Below, piece by piece: positions 1 through 9,494 of a stretch of 64,000 bases of DNA (its first letter is position 1; each line of letters opens with the position of its first letter). Under the pieces are notes generated by a model. It was not told where the DNA came from. It was given only the letters and a program-made list of their open reading frames with translations, and searched no databases. The stretch lies in assembly GCA_053919585.1 (NCBI GenBank), contig CM132826.1; one strand, written 5' to 3'. The position numbers and the translations under genes were made by a program. Source of the DNA: Euprymna scolopes (Eukaryota).

Positions 1-258
1 CCGGTTTATTTAATGCCGAATCCAGTAATTTTGGAAGCAGTTTTTACGCTTCAGGCTCTTTATATCTGCATATATTTATTCATGGTGTTTCCTTTGGTTA
101 TTTCGCAGTGGAAAGTTGTTGTTTATATTCTTAATCTTGCAGAACATGATTGAGTTTTGCGAAGAGAAAGGAGGGAAAACAATAACATCAATGTTTTATG
201 CCTTTGAATTCAGGAAGTTAGTATCTTTAGACAGCCTGATCTGATAGCACCAAGCAAG

Positions 259-301
259 CTAGTCCAGATAAGAAAAGAGTTGTTGTCTTCCAAAATTAGA
301 T
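259..301 (-). CDS. Probable terminal coding exon E (Q-SNFGRQQLFSYLD*), followed by 3' UTR
   Basis: Acceptor cttctttttctttcAG. Continuing from phase 2 gives TAG at 261-259. AATAAA occurs downstream on the minus strand at ~75-80 and 5-10. Confidence 0.65.
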
Positions 302-520
302 CTGAAAGAAAAAGAAGTGAATTTGCTATGCAGCACTTTTTATAACATGGATGGTATCGCCCTCGAAATTACCAAAGGGGAGATAATTCAGTTTTGTAAA
401 CGCCCTCTAGTGAGAGTTTGTGTAATTGTGTATAGAAGGGGAGGCAATGCAACAACCTATATTTCATTTTTTTTTTTTTTTTTTTTCAAGATGAACATAT
501 TTATTTCAATATCACAGTGG

Positions 521-827
521 GGGTAGGATTAGATTAGACACAAAGATCAGGAAAGTGAAATTGGAAAGCCAGTGCTCTCGAGGAGGAGCACTCTGGCCTG
601 CAAAAAAATGCCTGGGAAGCCCTATATTCTCCATTAGGGGTGACTCAGATGATTAGTAATAAACTAATCCCTTCTCAAAGAAAGGAGACAAAACCTGAGA
701 GGGTAGATTGGATTAGACACAAGGATTGGAAAGCCAGCGCTCTCAAGGAGGAGCACTCTGGCCAGCAAAAAATGCCTGGGAAGCTCTGTATTCTTCATTA
801 GGTGTGCCTCAGGCGATTAGTAATAAA
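521..827 (-). mobile_element. Two tandem diverged copies of a probable retroelement (LINE/SINE) 3' end with a stem-loop and short TAATC-type tail
   Basis: Direct repeats at ~521-663 and ~701-827. Minus-strand hairpin GCCAG-AG-TGCTC/GAGCR-CTGGC, with a U-G pair in the second copy. Ends in TCTAATCYAATC. Family assignment is an inference. Confidence 0.45.
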
Positions 828-1100
828 GAAAGAACGCAAAGCTTGAGAGGATGGACCTCCTAGAACTGCACAGCACCAGCATTATACGGCATCAGTCGGA
901 AAAAGGTCATTACAAGAATAGTTTACACTCTTGATTTTGGTGCTAAAGTAAAAACCCCAACGGCGCCAAAATGCAAGATGTTAAAATCAATCATTGAAAT
1001 ATTTGTTATCTCCCTTACTTTGCCACCCTAAAGTAAAAATGTCAAAACAAAAAACAAAAAATAAAATGCCAACAACACACAGGAAAAATGGTGGACTTAC

Positions 1101-1246
1101 TGTGTTTCGTTAAATATCTTCTTTGTGGATTCCGACTGATTAACACCTGCTAAGACATTTTGGATGTAAGTAAAATACTCCTGCTGCAAAAGACTCAGAT
1201 TGCCTTTTCTGATTAAAGATTGCAGGTTTGTAGGTAATTTTGTCAA
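1101..1246 (-). CDS. Coding exon D (LTKLPTNLQSLIRKGNLSLLQQEYFTYIQNVLAGVNQSESTKKIFNET-)
   Basis: Acceptor tttgtttttgctttcAG and donor GTAAGT. 146 bp; only the phase-0 frame is open, matching exon C; ends in phase 2. Confidence 0.85.
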
Positions 1247-1351
1247 CTGAAAGCAAAAACAAAAAAATAAGATAAAAAAAATTCCCAGTAAAAAAATATA
1301 TAAAAAAAAAAATGAAAGGATGTTGTAGTTTGCTTGAAGCATTGTACGTAG

Positions 1352-1860
1352 TGTGAAAGGAGTTGTGTTTGAAGGCTATATCAATGCTGTTTGTGGGGAA
1401 CACCATGGACAAGTTAGAATATTAGAAGGAATGTTCAATAATATTACATTTATTTAGAGCTAAATGTTTTGGTTTCGATTCTAACTGATGGCATACATTT
1501 TTTTTTACTTTTGAAATCACTACTATATATTATGTTTAATATTATTATAATTTATTATAATCGATAGAGAATTGGATATATAATAATAAATACAAAATCT
1601 GCATGAATTAAAATATAATATTTAAGCGTAATGCCAGGCCGGCTGCTAATCGAATATAAAAATTAAAATAAAAAAAAACAACCAAAAATAGCTAACAAAA
1701 CTGAAAAATAAATAAATAAAATGTGAAAGGAGCTGTGTTTGAAGGCTATATTAATGTGGTTTGTAGGAAACACCGTGGACATGAGTTAGCATATAAAAGT
1801 ATAATGACAATATTAGTAAGAATTTTCAATAATTTTTAATTATATTACGTTTATTTACCA
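1352..1860. repeat. Diverged direct duplication (~1352-1455 and ~1723-1857)
   Basis: GTGAAAGGAGYTGTGTTTGAAGGCTATATYAATG..GTTTGT.GG.AACACCRTGGACA..AGTTAG.ATAT occurs in both. Confidence 0.85.
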
Positions 1861-2069
1861 ACATAATGTGTTGTACAAGATGGTAAGTGTTGATGTCCCT
1901 AATTTTCGAGAGTAGAATCTCCTCTTCAGGAGAGAAAATAAAAAGAAACATGTACAACGAGGCTTTTCTTTGTCTGTTTTATTTTTCATTTATTTATTTC
2001 TATTATTTATCATGGAAATTTATTTGACAGCCAGTCTGCGTCACGGACTTCCGCAAAAAAAAAAAAAAA

Positions 2070-2580
2070 TGATTTTATAGTACCAAACGATTGCATATGA
2101 TCACACCATTTTATAGGGCCATATAAAAGTCCATAATCTAATAGGGACTCATTAGGACTGAACGATTTTACAAGACCCACATGAAGAATACATAATTTTA
2201 TAGAACCGAATGATTTTATGTGATCACACAAAAAAATATTCATAATTTTATAAAGGCCACATTAAATATTCATAATTTTATAAAGGCCACATTAAATATT
2301 CACAATTTTATAGGACAAAATAATTTCATAAAGCTAGTTCAAAATATGAAATTTTATAGGCCCGAACGATTGTATATGGAATACGATTTTATAGGACTAC
2401 ATAAAAATTTATAATCTTATAGGACCACGTGAGAACCGAGAGATTTCATGGGATCCACATTTAAAAAAAATCATAATTTTATAACATTCATAATTTTATA
2501 ACATTCACAATTTTATAGGGCCGGACAAAATGTAAAACTTTATAGGATCATATAAAAATGTTTATAATTGTATAGGGCCA
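2070..2580. repeat. Degenerate ~30 bp minisatellite (CATAATTTTATARRGGCCACATTAAATATT-like)
   Basis: Recurrent ATTTTATAG/ATTTTATAA cores, with exact 30-bp copies at 2236-2310. Confidence 0.85.
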
Positions 2581-2650
2581 CCGATTAATAAATAATAAAC
2601 ATTAAAATAGACCAAATAAAAAGCAAACGTATTTAATTTTTATTATTATA

Positions 2651-3015
2651 CTAGCAGGGCTACCCGGCGTTGCTCGGGACCGTATAAACAATGAAAAAAC
2701 AAAAGCAGATATTGAACATATGTTTTATTCTTAGGGGAGAGGAATCTTTCATCTCAAGTTTTAGCGTTACAAACAAACATTTGTCTTTTATATATATAGA
2801 TAATGACAGGTTTTTTTGGGGGCCCCCCTCGAAGATAACTGATCAGTTGACCAACTTCTAGTGGTCCGTTTGACGTGAAATTTCGATATTTGTCATCCGG
2901 GTGATGGGGCTTCGATATGATACCAAATTTGTCAAGTTTGGTTCCGTCTTTCAAAAGTTTTAGCGTTACAAACAAACATACATACACACAGACGTTTGGC
3001 TTTTATATATATAGA
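2651..3015 (-). mobile_element. Short Helitron derivatives of the same family: mini-element 2651-2800 plus a 5'-terminal segment 2802-3015
   Basis: 2651-2755 is near-identical to 3016-3120 (hairpin + CTAG). TC-TATATATATAAAAG 5' ends at 2800 and 3015. 2802-3015 is homologous to 8936-9165. Confidence 0.75.
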
Positions 3016-4539
3016 CTAGCAGGGCTACCCGGCGTTGCTCGGGACCGTATAAACAATGAAAAAACAAAAGCAGATATTGAACATATGTTTGATTCTTAGG
3101 GGAGAGGAATCTTTCATCTCTATGTATTATTTGTTTTATCTACCCTAGGACTGATATTGTTCATGTTTTATCCCTAGCATAGGTAATTTACAGCATGTAT
3201 ATGAAATTGTTTTACCTTAGGGAGAAGAGAACAGGTAATATACAACATAATGTGTCTATATTACATCCCTGGCAACGCCTAGAAACCAGCTAGAACATGT
3301 ATTTCAGTCAATCTTTATTATATCCTGGGCTATGCCGGGAAACCAGCTAATCTCTTTTTAGTGACTTGACCACCAAAATACCTCCCTAAGTGTGTCCTTT
3401 CTTTTGAACTTATTAGATATAGGTATCTAGAAATGTGTGTGAAATTTGTTGAATGCATTGTTCACTATGATTTTCTTATTGTTCTACACAATATCAACTG
3501 TAGCGAAATAACACAGTAAACTTAGTGTAGTGTTAGAATAAAGAGCAAAGGAAAAAATTAGAATCATATTTTGTAATTGCAAATCTAAATTTGCTAGCAT
3601 GTACCAGTATTTGCCAGGTTGTGGAAATTTGGAACTTATAACATATGTAGTGGCCTTTTCCTAGATACCTATTGCTAAAAATTATACTTTCATTTTGTTA
3701 GAAAAATCTCTCTTCAGATGCCCTGCATCATTCAAAATAAAAACAAATATTTTTATAATTGTTTCAGTATATTGCTACACAATGTGAAAGTTTTTAACGT
3801 TTGTAAAAAAAATCATGAATGTGCTTATATTGCAAAAAAGAAAATATCAGTGCACAGTATTGAAAGTGTTTGAGATTCAAAAGTCTGTAACATTTCTACT
3901 AACTTCATAAGATGTCATGTGAGAAACTGAATTGAATATCAAGACATTATCTGAAGCGTTTTTATTTTGGTGTAACATATGTGTTTACAGTGAACCTTAA
4001 CTTTTAATAAACAGATTGGTATGCAATGACATAGGCTAAGAATCTTTAAAATATATATAAATTGGAAAAATGTGTGAACAAATGAAAAAAAAATGATCCG
4101 CTCCACTTGATGACATCAAGCACAGTAATATTTTAGTGAAGAAAATATGAAATTGATGTTCAGTGATTAGTTTGGATGAATGAGAAAATGTAATTGTTTG
4201 ATGCATAAAAATAACTCAGTTGCTGTATTTGATATTAAGCAGCAAAATATAGTGATTTGAATATTTGGGAAAACATCAAACCAGATTATGTAAAAAGAAA
4301 AAAAAAAAGATGAAATTAGAAAATATATATTTTATGTTTATGAGTTCTGCCAATCAAAATTTTGTGGCAGAAATTGGGTGATTACCATGCAATTTTATTT
4401 TGGTAAAATTCTTAAATTATTAGAATGTTTATTATAATTTCTAATTAGTGACTTGTTATAATCAAAATCCGCCCTAAAGAGTGTCCTTTCTTTTATTAGG
4501 TATCAGAGTAGGTATCAAGATTTCTACTTCTATACAAAT

Positions 4540-5193
4540 GTGATATTTCAGATCTGTACATAAAAAATTTGTTGAATATATAGGTTGAGAATTGTTCTGT
4601 GTCGCTCTCTCTCACACACACACGCATTCTCACTTTTATAGATATAATAGATAGATTACTCTAGATATATTTCCATATGTCTGAATACCCTATATACAAA
4701 TTTTCAAATCTGTAGATAAAAAAATTTGTTGAGTATATAGGTTGAAAATTGTTCTCTCTCTCTCTCTCACACACACATTCTCAATTTTAGAGATATAATA
4801 GATAGATTATGCTAGATATATTTCCATATGTCTGAATACCCTATATACAAATTTTCTAATCTGTAGATCAAATATTTGTTGAATATATAGGTTGAAAATT
4901 GTTCTTACTCTCTCTCTCTCTCTCTCTGGCTACCTCACACACACATTCTAACTTTTATAGATATAATAGATAGATTATGCTAGATATATTTCCATATGTG
5001 TGAATACCCTATATACAAATTTTCTAATTTGTAGATAAAAAATTTGTAGAGTGCATAGGTTGAGAATTGTTCTCTCTATCTCTCACACACACATTCTAAC
5101 TTTTAAAGATATAATAGATTATGCTAGATATATTTCGATATTTCTGAATACCCTATATATAAAAATTTGTTGAATGTATAGGTTGAGAACTGT

Positions 5194-5224
<31 letters not shown>

Positions 5225-5361
5225 CACACACACACATTCTCACTTTTATAGATATAATAGAAAGATTATCCTAGATATATTTCTATTTGTATGAATACTC
5301 TATATACAAATTTTAAAATCTGTAGATAAAGAATTTGTTGAGTATATGGGTTGAGAATTGT

Positions 5362-5402
<41 letters not shown>

Positions 5403-6143
5403 TTCTCACTTTTATAGATATAATAGATTATGCTAGATATATTTCCATATGTCTGAATACCCTATATACAAATTTTCAAATCTGTAGATAAAAAATTTGT
5501 TGAGTATATAGGTTGAGAATTGTTCTCTCTCTCTCTATCACACACATTCTCACTTTTATAGATATAATAGACAGATTATGCCAGATATATTGAAATATGT
5601 CTGAATGCCCAATATACAAATTTTGAAATCTGTAGATAAAAAATTTGTTGTATACATAGGTTGACAATTGTCCTCTCTCTCACACACACACACATTCTCA
5701 CTTTTATACATATAATAGATAGATTATGCTAGATATATTTCTATATGTCTGAACACCCTATATACAAATGTTCAAATCTGTGGATAAAAAATTTGTTGAA
5801 TGTATAGGTTGAGAATTTTTATCTCTCTCTTTTTCTCTCTCTCTCTCTCGCTATCTCACACACACGCATTCTCACTTTTATAGATAAAATAGATAGATTA
5901 TGCTAGATATATTTCCATATGTCTGAATACCCTATATACAAAGTTTCAAATCTGTAGATAAAAAATTTGTTGAATATATAGGTTTAGAATTGTTCTCTCT
6001 CTCTCTCTCACACACACATTCTAACTTTTGTAGTTATAATAGATAGATTATGCTAGATATATTTCCATATGTCTGAATACCCTATATACAAATTTTCTAA
6101 ACTGTAGGTAAAAAATTTGTTGAGTATGTAGGTTAAGAATTGT

Positions 6144-6180
<37 letters not shown>

Positions 6181-6684
6181 AGTTCTCACTTTTATAGATA
6201 TAATAGATAGATTATGCTAGATATATTTCTATATGTCTGCCTACCCTATATACAAATTTCCAAATCTGTGCCCAAAAATGTGTGGAATATATAGGTTGAG
6301 AATTGTTCTCTCTCTCTCTCTCTCTCTCTCACACATATTCTCACTTTTATAGGTTATATAGGTTGAGAATTTTTTGCTCTTTCCATCACTCACATTCACA
6401 CTTTTATAGATATAATACATAGATTATGCCAGATATATTTACATATGTCTGAATACCCAATATACACATTTTCAAATCTGTAGATAAAAAATTAGTTGAA
6501 TATATAGGTTGAGAATTGTTCTCTCTCTCTCTCTTTCTCTCTCTCTCACACACACATTCTCACTTTTATAGATATAATAGATAGATTATGCTAGATATAT
6601 TTCCATATGTCTGAATACCCTATATACAAATTTTCTAATCGGTAGATAAAAAATTTGTTGAATATATAGGGTGAGAATTGTACT

Positions 6685-6723
<39 letters not shown>

Positions 6724-7188
6724 GCACACATTCTCACTTTTATGGATATAATAGATAGATTATGCTGGATATATTTCCATATGTCTGAATACCCTATATA
6801 CAAATGGTCAAATCTGTAGATAACAAATTTATTGAATAGATAGGTTGAGAATTGTTCTCTCTCTCTCTCTCGCAACCTTACACACACAACCACACGCAAA
6901 CATTCTGACTTTTATAGATATAATAGATCGATTATGCTAGATATATTTCCATATGTCTGAATACCCAATATACAAATTTTCAAATCTGTAGGTAAAAAAT
7001 TTGTTGAATATATAGGTTGAGAATTGTTCTCTCTCTCTCACACACTCACATTCTCACTTTTATAGATATAATGTATAGATTATGCTAGATATATTTCTAT
7101 ATGTCTGAATACCCTATATACAAAGTTTAAAATCTGTAGATAAAAATACGTTGAGTATATAGGTTGAGAATTGTTCTCTCTCTCTCTT

Positions 7189-7230
<42 letters not shown>

Positions 7231-7354
7231 TTTCACTTTTATAGATATAATAGATAGATTATGCTAGATATATTTCCATATGTCTGAATACCCTATATAC
7301 AAATTTTCAAATCTGTAGATAAAAAATGTATTGAATATATAGGTTGAGAATTGT

Positions 7355-7409
<55 letters not shown>

Positions 7410-7570
7410 CTACCTCACACACACACACATTTTCACTTTTATAGATATAATAGATAGATTATGCTAGATATATTTCCATATGTCTGAATACCCTATATAC
7501 AAACTTTCAAATCTGTAGATAAAAAATTTGTTGAGTATATAGGTTGAGAATTGTTCTCTCTCTCTCACAC
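4540..7570. repeat. Tandem array of ~18 units of ~150-190 bp, each with a (CT)n(CA)n microsatellite, inside the Helitron
   Basis: Recurrent CATATGTCTGAATACCCTATATACAAATTTTCAAATCTGTAGATAAAAAATTTGTTGARTATATAGGTTGAGAATTGTT(CT)n(CA)nTTCTCACTTTTATAGATATAATAGATAGATTATGCTAG. Confidence 0.97.
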
Positions 7571-7659
7571 GAAACTGTGCGCTCGGCTTCTTCCCCCCCT
7601 TCCCACCCCAAATGCTTGGGAAACTGTGCACTGTTTTTGTTGGTTTTCAAGCTGCCTCT

Positions 7660-7975
7660 TCCCCCCCCCCACACACACACACAGTTTAACAGTAGTAGGA
7701 GGTCAAGAGAAAGAGGGTGAGAGAGAGAGAAGAGTAAGTTGGTGAGAGAGAGAGAAAAGAGAAAGAGGGTGTTGGTTTTATATTTTTATTATCGTCTAAT
7801 ATTTTGAAAGCTGAATTTCTAATAAAATGTGCATCTATAGGAGATAATGCCTGGGAATGTGTTCCCCCCCCCCACAGTTTAACAGTGGTGTGACGTCAAG
7901 AGAAAGAGGGTGAGAGAGAGGGAAGAGTAAGTGGGTGAGAGAGAGAAAAAAAAGAAAGACGGTGTTGGTTTTGTG
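7660..7975. repeat. Two diverged direct copies of a C-tract/GA-rich module (~7660-7780 and ~7864-7973)
   Basis: Shared CCCCCCCCC..ACAGTTTAACAGT..GTCAAGAGAAAGAGGGTGAGAGAGAG..AAGAGTAAGT.GGTGAGAGAG..GGTGTTGGTTTT. Confidence 0.85.
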
Positions 7976-7998
7976 AAAAAAGTTGTTATTTACAATTG

Positions 7999-8190
7999 TT
8001 CGCATTCTTGGCCTTTTGGTCAAGATCAAAGTGTAGTATCTGTTCTTCAGATGCTGCACTTCTATTTCTTGTTCTCTTTCGGTGGAGGAGAAATCCGCCA
8101 CGACTGAGACAATTTTTATTTTTGTACCTTTTCTCCACGTTAAAAAACGACCCTGGTGTCTAACTCTGTCCCGTGGGGAGGCATAGTAAA
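7999..8190 (+). ncRNA. U2: U2 snRNA-like sequence (variant or pseudogene); confident core 7999-8047
   Basis: TTCGCATTCTTGGCCTTTTGGTCAAGATCAAAGTGTAGTATCTGTTCTT closely matches the U2 5' end, including the GTAGTA branch-site recognition motif. Downstream are an Sm-like AATTTTTATTTTTG (8111-8124) and CTCCACG..CGACCCTGGT, reminiscent of the U2 3' domain. The 3' extent is uncertain. Confidence 0.75.
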
Positions 8191-8733
8191 TAGGTACAAT
8201 TGTTCGCCATTAGTGGATGTTGACGTCACGTCACGTGACATGACTAAGCGTTTTTTTTTTTTAGTATGAATAACATTTTTTGTTATAATTATAAAGTCTA
8301 CACTTAATTTTATAGAAAATGATGTATATATAATAGAAAAAAAAAATTACTGGTTTTGTTGGATTCAAGTGGATCCCCCCCCCTCCAGTTTAAGAGATAG
8401 CAGGTCACGTGGTAATATACAAAATGGCTAGCGTAAATATAAAGATCGGTTTTTTTATCGACGAATATTTTGAAAGCTGAATTTTTTTTTATTCCTGTAC
8501 ATTTTTTCCTGATATTTTTCGTTAAAACTCTTGTATAAATACTATTTTTAACCAGTTAAATACGTTGGAGACATTGTCATGGAGTTTAATAATCTCTTGA
8601 ACAAAGCAGAAGAGAAATTACAAAAGTATCGGTAAAACAAAGTGTTTGTTTACATTTGTTCGCCATTACTGGATGTTGACGTCACGTCACGTGACATGAC
8701 TAAGCGTTTTTGGATTATGTAATATTAACATTT

Positions 8734-9100
8734 AAATGACAGGTTTTTTGGGGGGCCCCCCTAGGAGAGAAATGATCAGTTCACCCCCTTTTAATGGTCC
8801 GTTTGGTGTGGAATTTCGATATTTGTCATGCGGGTGATCAAGGTTCAATATGATACATAATTTGTCAACTTTGGTTGTGTCTGTCAAAAGTTTGAGCTGA
8901 CGTCACGTCACGTGACACGTATTGAATAACGTTAAAATGACAGGTTTTTTGGGGGGCCCCCCTAGGAGAAAAACGATCAGTTGACCCCTTTCTACTGGTC
9001 CGTTTGACGTGAAATTTCGATATTTGTCATCCGGGTGATCAAGGTGCAATATGATACCAAATTTGTCAACTCTGGTTCCGTCTTTCAAAAGTTTTAGCGT
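8734..9100. repeat. ~200 bp tandem duplication of the Helitron subterminal segment containing the GGGGGGCCCCCC palindrome
   Basis: AAATGACAGGTTTTTTGGGGGGCCCCCCTAGGAGA... at ~8734 and ~8936, with a third copy at ~2802. Confidence 0.9.
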
Positions 9101-9338
9101 TACAAACAAACATACATACATACATACATACATACACACCGATTTTTGCCTTTTATATATATAGATGTTTTACAGTTTTGTATACTATTCAGACGAAATA
9201 TATTTATTTGAAAGACAAAGTTACTTTAAAACGCAAACATTTAGTAACATTTGGTGGTGAGCCGTATGAATTCTTTTGATGGGCCACATACAGATTGTGA
9301 GCAATAGTTTGGCCACACCATGTCTAAACGATGCTTAC

Positions 9339-9491
9339 CTGTAGTAGTTCACGTGCCTGTTGGTATCCCTCTGTTAGCAGATCACTCTCACATATTAAAC
9401 TATGAACTTGGTTCATTGCAGATAATTCGGGGCCATCATTGTAAGAGGAGATCAATTTGCACAAAATTGATTTCAAGTGGATGCCAATCAC
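9339..9491 (-). CDS. Coding exon C (VIGIHLKSILCKLISSYNDGPELSAMNQVHSLICESDLLTEGYQQARELLQ)
   Basis: Acceptor ctatttttttcgtAG and donor CAG|GTAAGC. 153 bp, open in phase 0/0; an island of complex sequence among repeats. Confidence 0.85.
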
Positions 9492-9494
9492 CTA

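Larger units (their letters stand above)
3016..9165 (-). mobile_element. Non-autonomous Helitron, ~6.15 kb composite
   Basis: Minus-strand 5' end A|TCTATATATATAAAAG followed by (TATG)n at 9165. 3' end has hairpin CCCGAGCAACGCCGGG (3043-3028), then 8 nt, then CTAG (3019-3016). No RepHel ORF. Confidence 0.75.

Noticed and set aside
2010-3099. Short ORFs at 2010-2414 and 2754-3099 (also 8903-9139)
   Set aside because: They lie in minisatellite or Helitron terminal sequence and show no protein-family motifs.
8030-8190. Intact Utopia/Keno retrotransposon inserted in U2
   Set aside because: No RT or endonuclease coding sequence follows the U2 fragment. A tiny remnant cannot be excluded.
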